Positions 27,844 to 40,367 are shown, counted from the stretch's first letter. The stretch: DNA of 64,000 bases from Candidatus Multivoradales bacterium (GCA_965248925.1 CBDFLE010000006.1:4544001-4608000), one strand, 5' to 3'. Numbers and translations: made by a program. The notes: generated from the sequence alone by a model not told the origin.

Positions 27844-28392
27844 TCAGGCGGAACGCGAGTCGAGCGAATAGCGGGCGACGGCCTGCTGCCAATCGCCGCG
27901 AGCTTTCAAGATCAGCTCGATCATCTCGCGCACGACCCCCTCGCCGCCGCGAGTGGCGAGCACTCGGTGGACCACGGAGCGCACTTCGGCGACGGCGTCG
28001 GCGGGGGCGAAGCTCAAGCCGGAGCGGCCCAGTACCGGCAGGTCTTGCAGGTCGTCGCCGATGTAGGCCACCTCAGCCGGGTTGACCCGCTGCTCGGCGA
28101 GGAAGCTGTCGAAGTCGGCGCCCTTGTCACCGGAACCAAGAATGCTGGCGTCGAGGTCGAGTTCGTGAACGCGACGCTCCAGCGGCCGGCATTTGCGGCC
28201 GGAGAGCAGGCCGACCCGCAGCCCAGCTCCCTGCGCCAGGCGCATGGCCAGACCATCGCGGACGTGGAAGATCTTGACCTGCTCGCCGCGCCAGGTGTAG
28301 ACCAAGCGGCCGTCGGTGAGCACGCCGTCGACATCGAGCAGAATCCACGCCAGGCCGGCGGCGCTCTTGGCGAAAGTGGCATCGCTAATCAT
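27844..28392 (-). CDS. kdsC: KDO 8-phosphate phosphatase
   Basis: DVDGVLTDG, YIGDDLQD, GGEGVVRE. Confidence 0.93.
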   Translation of the reverse strand: MISDATFAKSAAGLAWILLDVDGVLTDGRLVYTWRGEQVKIFHVRDGLAMRLAQGAGLRVGLLSGRKCRPLERRVHELDLDASILGSGDKGADFDSFLAEQRVNPAEVAYIGDDLQDLPVLGRSGLSFAPADAVAEVRSVVHRVLATRGGEGVVREMIELILKARGDWQQAVARYSLDSRSA

Positions 28393-29374
28393 TAGAAAAG
28401 CTCCAGTCCCCACAGGTCGTGCAGATGTATCAGGCCCTGCAAGTGGCCGCCGGTGTCGCAGACGAAGAGCGCCGTGATGCGATGTTCTTCCATCTCATGT
28501 AGGGCCGCCGAAGCCAGCGGATCGGCGGCAATGGTGCGTGGCTGGCGGTGCATGCAGTCGGCGGCGCGGCGGGCCAGCAGGCTGTCACCCTCAGCCAGTA
28601 GGCGGCGCAGGTCGCCGTCGGAGATGCAGCCCTCCAAGCGGCCTTCGGCGTTGGTGACGGCGGTGATACCTGCGCCTTTGGAGGAGATCTCGACGATCAC
28701 CTGCGCCATCGAAGTGTCTTGATCGACCCGCGGCAGACGGTCGCCGGTGCGCATCAGTTCGCTGACTCGTAGTAGTTTTTTGCCTAGCTGGCCGCCGGGA
28801 TGCAGCTTGGCGAAGTCTTCGTGGGTGAAGCCACGAGTCTCGAGCAAGGCCATGGCCAAGGCGTCGCCCATCGCCAGGGTGGCGGTGGTCGAAGCGGTCG
28901 GCGCCAGGTCCAGGGGACAAGCTTCTTGGTCGATGGCCACCGGTAGGTGGACGTCGGCGTGGCGAGCTAGCGGGCTGCTAGCCTTGGCGGTCATCACCAC
29001 GACCGGCACTCCCAGGCGGCCGATCAGCTCGACCAGTCGCAGCAGTTCCTCGGTTGTGCCGGAGTAGGACGCCGCCAGCACCACGTCGCCGTCTACGACC
29101 ATGCCGAGATCACCGTGGATGGCTTCGGCAGGGTGGAGGAAGAAGGCCGGGGTGCCGGTGGAGGCGAGGGTGGCGGCGATTTTTTTCATCACCAGGCCGC
29201 TCTTGCCCATGCCGGAGCAGACCACTCGGCCGCGGCAGGCGGCGAGCAGGTCGACGGCGTGGTCGAAGCTGCTGTCGAGCTGGGCGACCAGGCCCTCGAT
29301 GGCGGCGGCTTCGATGCCCAGCACCCAGCGAGCCACCTCGCGCGGTGCGCGGCTGCGGGTGGGTGGGTCGCTGC

Positions 29375-29378
<4 letters not shown>
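28392..29378 (-). CDS. kdsD: Arabinose 5-phosphate isomerase (KpsF/GutQ)
   Basis: GMGKSG, HPAEAIHGDLG, APTASTT, HPGGQLG, CBS pair. Confidence 0.95.
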
Positions 29379-31977
<2,599 letters not shown>

Positions 31978-32763
31978 CTAGCTGTTTTCGATCTCGGCCA
32001 ACCTGGCCGCTGCTCGGCGGAGATCCGCCGAGGTGTCGACACCGGGCTCGGCGGCGGCCACTAGCAACACTCGGATAGGGATGCCATTTTCCAGCGCCCG
32101 CAGCTGTTCCAGCGATTCATGGCCCTCGAGCGGTGTTGGCTCGAGCTCCGCCAGCTCGAGCAGCGTCTCGCGCTGGTAGCCATAGATCCCCAGATGCTGA
32201 AGCGCACCCGCCGCCTGGCCATCGCGGCGGTGAGGAATCGCCGCCCGGCTAAAGTAGAGGGCATAGCCGCGTCGATCGAGCACCACCTTGACCGTGTTGG
32301 GATCCTCTCGGCTTCCGGGTTCGGCCGGGCTGGCCAGGGTGACCATCGGGTCCGCGGGCACCTGCCGCAGGTGGGCGGCCACTTGCTCAATGGCCTGTGG
32401 GTCGATCAGCGGCTCGTCGCCCTGGATGTTGACCACTGCCGCGGCCTGCCAACGACGGGCCGCGTGGGCAATCCTATCGCTACCGCTACGGCATTCGGCG
32501 GGCGTCATCTCACATTCGCCACCAAAGTTTTCGACCGCGCGACGAATCCGCTGGTCATCGGTCAGCACTACCACCCGGTCCAAGCTCTTGGCCTGTTTGG
32601 CCCGGCGATAGACATGCTCGATCATCGGTTTGCCAGCCAGTTCAAGCAGCGGCTTGCCGGGCAGTCGGCTCGAAGCATAGCGTGCTGGGATCGCGCCGAT
32701 GATCGGTTCGTTCGCAGGGGCGGGCTGACCAGCCGCTCGGTCGAATTGATGTTCGGGGTGCAC
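31978..32763 (-). CDS. kdsB: 3-deoxy-manno-octulosonate cytidylyltransferase
   Basis: IPARYASSRLPGKPL, NIQGDEP, LYFSRA, ESLEQLRALENG. Confidence 0.96.
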   Translation of the reverse strand: MHPEHQFDRAAGQPAPANEPIIGAIPARYASSRLPGKPLLELAGKPMIEHVYRRAKQAKSLDRVVVLTDDQRIRRAVENFGGECEMTPAECRSGSDRIAHAARRWQAAAVVNIQGDEPLIDPQAIEQVAAHLRQVPADPMVTLASPAEPGSREDPNTVKVVLDRRGYALYFSRAAIPHRRDGQAAGALQHLGIYGYQRETLLELAELEPTPLEGHESLEQLRALENGIPIRVLLVAAAEPGVDTSADLRRAAARLAEIENS

Positions 32764-32873
32764 GGCCTAATCTACTGTGGTGCTCCAAGAGTCGTCAATG
32801 TCCTCGGCGTTGAAGCTGACGCTTGCTGCTTCGTCGGCCTGCTGGCGATTCTCTGCCATGCTAGATTGCCGCG

Positions 32874-33959
32874 GTGCCGAGATCCCAGCAGCAGCACGAG
32901 AAGCGTCGACTCCGCCACCTTTGGTTGTGGGCGGTCGCCGCTCTAGCGCTGTTGGCGGCTCTGCGGGGCGCTGGCGAGCTGCTCGATGGCGAGCGCGGGG
33001 CGGCCCAGTGGATTTGGGGGCAAGAGATCAACGACAGTGCTGGGCCGGTGGCTTTCTGGGCGGTCCGCGATGTCGATCTCGAAGCCAGGCCGCAAAACGC
33101 CGAGGTGCGGATCGTCGCTGACGAGGCATACCTGCTTTGGGTCAATGGTTGGTGGGTCGGTTCCGGGACCTATCGTCAGCATGCTCCGCCGGATGTATGG
33201 CAAGTGGGGCCGCTACTGGAGCCGGGGGCTAATCGTCTGCGGGTCGAACTGCGCAGCGAGCGCGGTGTCGGTGGTTTGTGGGTTGAGCTCGAGGCAGATG
33301 GCCAGCGGCTGGCAGTCAGCGATCGAGAGTGGCGCATTTTTGATCACCGCGAAGTTGCTGTCGAACGGGGCTGGGGCGATCTCAGCGGCGGCCATCCAAC
33401 TGTGGTCTGGGGCGTCCCACCGCGGGGTCGGTGGCGCTTCGAGGCCGCTGGAGAAGGACTGCCGGTTCCGCGTTTTGGCAGCGAGCATCGCGCCGTGCGC
33501 TCGCGCCGCAGCCGGGCACCCTATGAGTCCAATCCATGGCACCGGCCGCCGTCGCCAGGACATCGCCTGCCCAAGGCGGGGCGGATCTTACTCTATGATT
33601 TTGGCGCTCCGGTCCATGGCCATGCGGAGTTGCGCTTGCCTCGCGCAGGTGGTGAGACGGCCCTGCTGTACTACGGTCTCGACCAACCCCCGGACCTGGA
33701 TCGAGATCGACCGCAGGAACTGGTGATTCCCCTGGCCGGGGCGCGGAGTTGGCGTTCGGCGACGGCCAGACGCTTTCGCTGGCTGTTGGTGGTTGGCATG
33801 GAGTTGCGCCAACCCGCCTGGGTGGAGCCCCTCGATCCTCTACGTGGGGGTCGTCCAGGGATCCAACAGAGCATGCCTGAAGGGGTTTTCGGCCTGGCAC
33901 CGACCCGCCGCCGATCACGGCTCGAAGATGCGCTGTGGAAGAGGCTGACAGCCGGCTAG
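32874..33959 (+). CDS. Hypothetical exported protein with alpha-L-rhamnosidase N-terminal-like beta domains
   Basis: N-terminal TM; AQWIW, ADEAYLLWVNG..VG, LLEPGANRL, LYDFG. No catalytic barrel evident. Confidence 0.55.
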   Translation: MPRSQQQHEKRRLRHLWLWAVAALALLAALRGAGELLDGERGAAQWIWGQEINDSAGPVAFWAVRDVDLEARPQNAEVRIVADEAYLLWVNGWWVGSGTYRQHAPPDVWQVGPLLEPGANRLRVELRSERGVGGLWVELEADGQRLAVSDREWRIFDHREVAVERGWGDLSGGHPTVVWGVPPRGRWRFEAAGEGLPVPRFGSEHRAVRSRRSRAPYESNPWHRPPSPGHRLPKAGRILLYDFGAPVHGHAELRLPRAGGETALLYYGLDQPPDLDRDRPQELVIPLAGARSWRSATARRFRWLLVVGMELRQPAWVEPLDPLRGGRPGIQQSMPEGVFGLAPTRRRSRLEDALWKRLTAG

Positions 33960-33963
33960 CAGC

Positions 33964-34611
33964 TCACTGGCTGTTGATCGGCTCGAAGTGGATCACTTGG
34001 TCGAATTCGCCGCCTTTGAAACGGTAGACCTTGCCGGCGGCAAAGTACCACCAGGCAGATTCGCCAGTGGCCGCCTCTGCCGCCGCGTCGATCCGATCGG
34101 GGCGCCCCATCTCTTGGTAGACCCTCTGCTCTGCGGCGCTGGTCATGCCGGCGAGGAATCGCTGCAACCAGCGCATCGCCTCGGCATCCTCGACCGTCAG
34201 ATCACGCCGCACGGAACTGCCGCCGCGCATCTCTGCCGAGATCTCCAGCCGGCTGAAGACATCGAGTTCGTCGCGGCCTTGGCGGCGCACCGGCAAGGCG
34301 GTGGCGAGATAGAAGATCTGGTAGTGATCGTTGCGCGCCCATTCGAGCTGGAAGCGGCCGTCCTTGCCAGTGGTGGCCACCACCCGCAGCAAGTCGACAT
34401 CGCGACGCTTCATGCGCCGCAGATCGAGCTTACGATGGTAGGCTTCGAGCACTACCTCGACGCTGCCGAGTGGCTGGCCAGCGGCATCCGTGATTCGACC
34501 ACTGACCTCCACCGTCTTGCTCAGTTGGCGCTTCTTCTTTCTCGCCTCAGTCGGCCCAGCGCTGTGCAGCAGGCCGGCGATCAAAGCGACGAGGATCAAC
34601 CGACGGCTCAT
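33964..34611 (-). CDS. Exported protein with a carboxypeptidase regulatory-like domain
   Basis: Signal peptide; VSGRITDAAGQPL..TGKDGRF; ATGA overlap with lolA. Confidence 0.65.
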   Translation of the reverse strand: MSRRLILVALIAGLLHSAGPTEARKKKRQLSKTVEVSGRITDAAGQPLGSVEVVLEAYHRKLDLRRMKRRDVDLLRVVATTGKDGRFQLEWARNDHYQIFYLATALPVRRQGRDELDVFSRLEISAEMRGGSSVRRDLTVEDAEAMRWLQRFLAGMTSAAEQRVYQEMGRPDRIDAAAEAATGESAWWYFAAGKVYRFKGGEFDQVIHFEPINSQ

Positions 34612-35276
34612 TCGGCCGCGCTCCATTCGATATTCGCCGGTGGCCTGAAGAGGCCGTCGTGGTCGATCTCAGTGTAATTGCTGAGTTCGAAGCGGGTCAG
34701 GTTGGCCTCGCTGTCGGTGTACTCCATGCCAAGCACCCGGTGATTGGTCGGATCAAGGCGGATCTTGGCCCGCAGCCGGCCGCCGCTGGCGCGCTGGCTG
34801 AGGATGACCTCGTAGGTGCCGTCCGCGAGCTGGCGACTCTCGGCGGAGTAGCGCTCGCGCAGAGTGTCGATGTCTTCCAGCAGCAGGTCGAGGCCGGGCT
34901 CGCGCTCTGCTTGGATCGAATACCGCTGGCCGCTGTCCTCGCCCTCGTTCCAGGCATAGACCTCGCCATCGCAGAGCAGGAAGTGCTTTTCGTAGGGCTC
35001 GGTGTAGTTCCAATGCAGGCAGCGCGGCAGCCATAGCGAGATTCCGCCCTTCTCCTGATCGCCTGAAGAAAAGCCGGCGGGAACGTACGTCTGGACGAAC
35101 TTGGCCGCCAAGCGCTGACCCTCGAGATCTTGCCGCATCTCGCCGAGCAGCTGCCAAGGACTGGTGGCCAAGGCCGGGGTGGCGGCGAGCAAGAGCAGCA
35201 AAGTGCCAAGGGCCGCGAAATGGACGGCTCGGTGGGCTGTGGATCGGTACTTGGGCTGGTTCATCGATTCTCCCAT
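34608..35276 (-). CDS. lolA: Outer-membrane lipoprotein carrier LolA family
   Basis: AKFVQ..G..PRCLHWNYTEP..CDGEVYAW, ending GLFRPP. Start uncertain. Confidence 0.75.
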   Translation of the reverse strand: MGESMNQPKYRSTAHRAVHFAALGTLLLLLAATPALATSPWQLLGEMRQDLEGQRLAAKFVQTYVPAGFSSGDQEKGGISLWLPRCLHWNYTEPYEKHFLLCDGEVYAWNEGEDSGQRYSIQAEREPGLDLLLEDIDTLRERYSAESRQLADGTYEVILSQRASGGRLRAKIRLDPTNHRVLGMEYTDSEANLTRFELSNYTEIDHDGLFRPPANIEWSAAE

Positions 35277-35522
35277 TGCGGGACGATGGTAGCAGCAGCG
35301 GGCAGTCATGGAGTAGAGAGTCGTTGGGGGATCACGAGCAAGCCTCAAGGAACCAAGCTGCACAGGGTGGACTAGTGACCTGGATGATGCGACACGTCGC
35401 TATCTTCCGCAGATGGATGAGAGTGCCAGGGAGCGGGGTCATCGAAAAGCCTAGCCTCTATTGCGAATGGGGCTGAGCCTCCTGTCGGCAGCCCTTCCGC
35501 TAGTATGAGCAACTCTTGGGTC

Positions 35523-35551
35523 TTGACAGGTGGGAAGAGCATTGTCACAAT
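35523..35551 (+). promoter_or_regulatory. sigma70 promoter of the DUF5131-TcmP cassette
   Basis: TTGACA-N17-CACAAT with an extended TG. Confidence 0.6.
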
Positions 35552-35572
35552 AGCGTAAGCGAGGCGTAAGTT

Positions 35573-36376
35573 ATGAGTGCGAACAGCTCAATCGAATGGA
35601 CCAATTCAACATGGAATCCGGTTCGCGGTTGTACCAAGGTCAGTGCCGGCTGCGCCCATTGCTACGCAGAGACGTTCGCGGAGCGATGGCGCGGCATCAA
35701 AGGACACCCTTACGAGCAGGGATTCGATCTGCGCCTCGCGTCTAACAAATTACTCGATCCGCTGACTTGGCATCGGCCTCGTTTGATCTTTGTGAACTCG
35801 ATGAGTGATCTCTTTCATGAGGGTGTCGAGTCTGACTATGTCGATCTCGTCTTCGAAGTGATGCGTCTTGCGGATTGGCACACATACCAGGTTCTCTCGA
35901 AGAGGGCTGGAAGAATGCGGGAGATTGTGTCGTCGCATCACCGAGATCTAGCGAACTTGGAGCATATTTGGCTAGGTGTTAGCGTCGAGAATAGAAAGCA
36001 GGGGATACCTCGAATCGAGGATCTACGCCAGACACCAGCAGGTGTGCGGTTTCTTTCGATAGAGCCTCTTCTTGAGCATATCGGGGAGTTGAACCTCGAA
36101 GCTATCGATTGGGTGATTGTCGGTGGCGAAAGTGGACCTGGAGCACGCCCGATGCGCCGCTCTTGGGTAGTGGATGTTCATCGGCAGTGCCAAGCAGCTG
36201 GTGTGCCGTTTTTCTTCAAACAGTGGGGCGGGGTTCGGAAGAGTAAGAACGGTCGTGAATTAGATCGGAAAACCTACGACGAATTCCCGGATTTCCCTGC
36301 AAGGCGGCGGCCGACTCATGCCGAGCGTCGTAGGCGTCTAAGCGAAGCAATGGCGTTGCTCAAGGAGGTGGCTTGA
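35573..36376 (+). CDS. DUF5131 / phage Gp37-Gp68 family protein (three-Cys motif, radical SAM-like)
   Basis: IEWT..TWNP..GCTKVSAGCAHCYA, FVNSMSDLFH, RFLSIEPLL, WVIVGGESG, FFKQWGG. Confidence 0.93.
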   Translation: MSANSSIEWTNSTWNPVRGCTKVSAGCAHCYAETFAERWRGIKGHPYEQGFDLRLASNKLLDPLTWHRPRLIFVNSMSDLFHEGVESDYVDLVFEVMRLADWHTYQVLSKRAGRMREIVSSHHRDLANLEHIWLGVSVENRKQGIPRIEDLRQTPAGVRFLSIEPLLEHIGELNLEAIDWVIVGGESGPGARPMRRSWVVDVHRQCQAAGVPFFFKQWGGVRKSKNGRELDRKTYDEFPDFPARRRPTHAERRRRLSEAMALLKEVA

Positions 36377-36379
36377 GAT

Positions 36380-37543
36380 TTGCTAAGTCTAGATTTTTAC
36401 CAAGGCCGTGAACAGACGTACATCAAACACTATGTGTTAGAGAGGTATCTTCAGAAACTTGCTTACAAGTTAGGATGGAGTGGCAACGATGCGATCGTGA
36501 GCTACGTGGACTGTTTTGCTGGTCCTTGGAATAGTATGTCAGATGATCTTGCTGACACTTCGCCGGCTATCGCGATTCGGGAACTGCAAGCTGTTCAAAA
36601 GACGCTACGGGAGCGTGGGCGCATGCCTCCTTTTCTCAAGTGTCTATTCATCGAGAAAGATAAATCGTCATGGAAAGTTCTCAGCAGAATGTTGGAGTCT
36701 GTTGAGAACATTGAGGTCAAGGCGATTCTGGGAGAGTTTGAAGCTGAAGTTGATGCCGTCCTCGACTTCGTAGGTGAGGGGTTCGCCTTTTTCTTCATCG
36801 ACCCTACTGGTTGGACTGGGTACTCTCTGGATGTTATTCGGCCCATGTTGAGACACCCTCGCTGTGAAATTTTGATCAACTTCATGACTAAGTTTTTGGT
36901 CCGGTTTATCGATGCGGATCTAGACGACAAGGCTCGCGCGGGGTTCGAGCATCTCTTTGGATCATCGGACTGTCGGAAGCGATGGCGAGATCTGACTGGT
37001 CTCGATCGAGAGGACGCGATCGTGGCCGCATATTGCGACAGGGTGCGTGAAGCAGGAAATTTCAACTACGTTGCCCACACAGTGGTGCTTGATCCCCTGG
37101 CAGATCGCTCGCACTTTCACCTGATCTATGCAACGGATCATCCCGAGGGGCTTCGAACTTTCCGAAACGAAGCGGAGAGGCCAGCGAGAGAGGTTCAACG
37201 GAAGGCGCGTCACGCTGCGCAGCAGCATCACGAGCTGGAGATTTCGGGTCAGATGGGACTTTTTGGATCTCCAGCTCGCAGCTACTCTGATGAGTTGGAG
37301 GAGCGTTATCATCGATTGGCCCAGCAGAAGGTACTGGGAACCCTACGGAGTGTGCGGAGAGTCTCGTTTGATCACCTGGAAATGGAAGCCTTGCACTTTC
37401 CCATGACCGGCACGCAAGATCTTAAGGGCTGGCTAGAGCGCTGGCGCCAGCAAGGGGCGATTGAGTTCGAAGGTCTGAGGCAAAGAGCGCGAGTGCCGCA
37501 GCCCGGGAAGAACCACTACGTTGTCTATTTGCGCGAGGACTGA
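36380..37543 (+). CDS. tcmP: Three-Cys-motif partner protein TcmP (SAM-methyltransferase-like)
   Basis: TYIKHYVL..YL, YVDCFAGP, FFIDPTG, EILINFM, HLIYAT; starts 3 bp after DUF5131. Confidence 0.88.
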   Translation: MLSLDFYQGREQTYIKHYVLERYLQKLAYKLGWSGNDAIVSYVDCFAGPWNSMSDDLADTSPAIAIRELQAVQKTLRERGRMPPFLKCLFIEKDKSSWKVLSRMLESVENIEVKAILGEFEAEVDAVLDFVGEGFAFFFIDPTGWTGYSLDVIRPMLRHPRCEILINFMTKFLVRFIDADLDDKARAGFEHLFGSSDCRKRWRDLTGLDREDAIVAAYCDRVREAGNFNYVAHTVVLDPLADRSHFHLIYATDHPEGLRTFRNEAERPAREVQRKARHAAQQHHELEISGQMGLFGSPARSYSDELEERYHRLAQQKVLGTLRSVRRVSFDHLEMEALHFPMTGTQDLKGWLERWRQQGAIEFEGLRQRARVPQPGKNHYVVYLRED

Positions 37544-37586
37544 TCTGATTTTGGAGAGTTGCTAAACGGGAGAAAGACCCGCCGTT

Positions 37587-37796
37587 TCACACTTCAACCT
37601 CGATCGGCCTGCTGTGGGCTGTCGCCGGGATGGTCGCCGGGGTAATATCCGCCAGCACGAGGTCGTAAGCGTCACGGAGGTTAACTTCAAGCTCGTCGAG
37701 GGTTTCGCCCTGGCTGAAGACCCCCGGCACTTCCTTCAGGCGTCCGACTTATCCATCGCCGTCCTGCCAGTACTCCATGGTGAAAGCGTGTCGCAT
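37587..37796 (-). pseudogene. hicB: HicB-family antitoxin with an internal nonsense codon
   Basis: MRHAFTMEYWQDGDG*VGRLKEVPGVFSQGETLDELEVNLRDAYDL..IEVEV; TAA at 37749-37751; GGAGG RBS. Confidence 0.85.
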
Positions 37797-37836
37797 CAAG
37801 TGGACCTCCGGCGTCTATTGTAGCCGGAAGTAGCCG

Positions 37837-39384
37837 CTAATGTCTGAAGTGGCGGCGGCCGGTGAGCAGCATGGCGATGCCGTGTTGATCGGCGGCGTCG
37901 ATGACTTCTTGGTCGCGCTTGCTGCCACCGGGCTGCACCACCGCGGTGACGCCGGCTTGGGCCAAGGTGTCGAGGCCGTCGCGGAAGGGGAAGAAGGCGT
38001 CGGAGGCGGCAGCGCTGCCGGCGATCGGCAGGTTGGCTTTTTCGACCGCCAGCTTGCAAGAGTCCACCCGGCTCATCTGGCCGGCGCCGATGCCGACCGT
38101 CTGCTGGGCGTTGGCGAGCACGACGGCGTTGGATTTCACTCCCCGTGACACCCGCCAGGCAAGTTCCAAGGCCTGGCGCTCGGCGACCCTGGGCTGGCGT
38201 TTTGTTGGGCAGATCCAGGTTGCGGGATCGTCTGCCTCGGCGTCGGGTGCTTGGGCCAGGAAACCGCCGTCCAAGCCGCGCAAGCTGATCGCCCCTGCAC
38301 TCGGGAGATAGGGCGGAGCTTCGATCAAGCGCAGGTTCTTTTTGGCCGCGAAGCGGCTTTGGGCGTCGTCGTCGAAGCCGGGTGCGATCACCACCTCGAC
38401 GAATAGGCCGGCCATGGCTTCGGCTAGGGCGCCATCGGCGTTGCGATTAACAGCGATGATCGAGCCAAAGGCGGACAGTGGATCGCAGGCCAGCGCAAGT
38501 TCGTAGGCTGCGGCCAGAGTCGGTGCCAGGGCCACGCCGCAGGGGTTGTTGTGTTTGACGATCACCACCGCTGGTTCGTCGAAGAGGGCGACGATCTGGC
38601 GCGCCGCGTCGGCGTCGAGCAGGTTGTTCCAAGACAGCTCTCTGCCTTGCAGCTGGCGCATGCCGCCGAACACTCCGGGGCCGTCTTCCAGCCGGTAGAC
38701 CGCCGACGGCTGATGCGGGTTCTCACCGTAGCGGGGAGTCATCTCGCGGCTCATGTCGAGCATAAGGTGGCGCGGGAAGCGGTTTTCTGCCTCCCCGCTC
38801 TGCTGTGCCAGCCAGCCGGAGATAGCGGCGTCGTAGGCCTGAGTGTGGCGAAAGGCCTTAATCGCCAGGCCGCGCCGCACCGGCTCCGGGACGATCCGCT
38901 CACCGTCTTCGAGGGCGGCTTGAATCTGTGGGTAGTCGTCGGGATTGACCACCACCGTGACGCCGCGAAAATTTTTCGCTGCGCCGCGGATCATCGAGGG
39001 TCCGCCGATGTCGATCATCTCCACTATTTCTTCGAAAGCGGCGCCGGCGGCGACAGTCTGGCGAAAGGGGTAGAGGTTGACCACCACCAGATCGATCGGC
39101 TCGAGGTTGTGATCCTGTAACTCACTGAGGTGGGCGGCGCGACCGCGGTCGGCCAGAATACCGCCGTGAATGGCCGGATGCAGGGTCTTGACCCGGCCGC
39201 CGAGGATCTCGGGGAAGTGAGTGATATCGGCTACCGGGGTCACCGGCACACCCGCTTGCTCGAGGTGGCGGAAAGTTCCACCGGTTGAGATAATCTCGAT
39301 TCCCAAAGTGGCCAGGGCCTGGGCGAATTCGACTAGGCCTCGTTTATCGTAGACAGAGATCAGGGCGCGCTGTGCGGGAAGCAT
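37837..39384 (-). CDS. purH: Bifunctional AICAR transformylase / IMP cyclohydrolase
   Basis: RALISVYDK, GRVKTLHP, IDIGGPSM, RYGENPHQ, KHNNPCG, ASDAFFPF. Confidence 0.98.
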   Translation of the reverse strand: MLPAQRALISVYDKRGLVEFAQALATLGIEIISTGGTFRHLEQAGVPVTPVADITHFPEILGGRVKTLHPAIHGGILADRGRAAHLSELQDHNLEPIDLVVVNLYPFRQTVAAGAAFEEIVEMIDIGGPSMIRGAAKNFRGVTVVVNPDDYPQIQAALEDGERIVPEPVRRGLAIKAFRHTQAYDAAISGWLAQQSGEAENRFPRHLMLDMSREMTPRYGENPHQPSAVYRLEDGPGVFGGMRQLQGRELSWNNLLDADAARQIVALFDEPAVVIVKHNNPCGVALAPTLAAAYELALACDPLSAFGSIIAVNRNADGALAEAMAGLFVEVVIAPGFDDDAQSRFAAKKNLRLIEAPPYLPSAGAISLRGLDGGFLAQAPDAEADDPATWICPTKRQPRVAERQALELAWRVSRGVKSNAVVLANAQQTVGIGAGQMSRVDSCKLAVEKANLPIAGSAAASDAFFPFRDGLDTLAQAGVTAVVQPGGSKRDQEVIDAADQHGIAMLLTGRRHFRH

Positions 39385-39472
39385 GGAGTGGGTTGCGGTC
39401 CGATCCGGCCAACCTGGGGTAAGCCGTTGAGTGGTGAGTATTCAGGCTGCTCTGGCTGGCTGGGTCAGCGCC

Positions 39473-40270
39473 TCACTGGCTCAGAGCACGCTCGACGCGC
39501 ACCGTTTGACGGCCCCTAAGAGGTAGTTTCGAGCGGCGATCGGCGCCTCCGGCTTGCAACCAAACATAGCGTAGCACTTCAGCGATGTCACTGACCGCAT
39601 GGCTGAAGGCCAGCGCCGAAGTGCCAAAGGCGGTGCAGCGGTCGTCGAATTTCAGCCGACCGCTCTGGAAGTCGATGCGGCGGTACTCGCGACCCAGCAG
39701 TGGATAGGCGCGGCGCGAGCGCCGTAGGGTCTCGTGGATCACCGCTGCGAGTTGAGCGCGATCGCCGACCTGTGGGCGGAAGCCATAGAAGACCAGGCCG
39801 AAGCGGCTCTCCACCGAGTCCATGTAGCTCAAGTAATCGGCGTAGTAATCAGCTTCCCGTGGATCGCTGCGAGCGGTGTTGAGGGGGTTGTTGGCGGTGG
39901 CGACAAAGTGGGCCACCAGCCCTAAGTGGTACGCAACTTGGGCGAAAGGCTGATGCTTTTCAATGGCTGCCAGCGCGTTGTCGACGGCAGACAAGATCAC
40001 TTGGTCGAGCTGGCCGGAGCCGTCGGCGTTCTTGCTGTGGTGGTCCGGCTCGGGGTCGAGGGCACCCTCGGCGGCGCCCCGCAGATAAGCTTCGCGGTGG
40101 CGGGCCAGTTGGCGATAGAGGTCTGGCGGCGCCAGTCTTGCCGCCTCTCCAGCTATGGCTTGAGAAGTTGGGGCAGACCAGCCGGCGCTGGGTCCGGCCG
40201 ATGCCAAGAGCAGTAGCAGGGCTGCCGCCGCAGTTCGCCAGGCGCCAGCCACCCGTCTTTGACTGTTCAT
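39473..40270 (-). CDS. Exported helical protein, S1-P1 nuclease / Zn-phospholipase C-like
   Basis: Signal peptide then a mature N-terminal Trp; LGLVAHFV..NNPLN. Metal ligands partly missing. Confidence 0.5.
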   Translation of the reverse strand: MNSQRRVAGAWRTAAAALLLLLASAGPSAGWSAPTSQAIAGEAARLAPPDLYRQLARHREAYLRGAAEGALDPEPDHHSKNADGSGQLDQVILSAVDNALAAIEKHQPFAQVAYHLGLVAHFVATANNPLNTARSDPREADYYADYLSYMDSVESRFGLVFYGFRPQVGDRAQLAAVIHETLRRSRRAYPLLGREYRRIDFQSGRLKFDDRCTAFGTSALAFSHAVSDIAEVLRYVWLQAGGADRRSKLPLRGRQTVRVERALSQ

Positions 40271-40367
40271 GACGCCATTGTAGCTCGCGTGGCTTCGCAG
40301 GTTGCCGCCTTATCAGACTTGACTTATTTGCCTCTGGCTTGGTAAAAACCCCCTCCTGCCTCTGTGA

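Noticed and set aside
35300-35520. Remainder of hicA on the far side of the DUF5131 insert
   Set aside because: Reading the minus strand by eye showed no HicA-like G.H or VP.H motifs.
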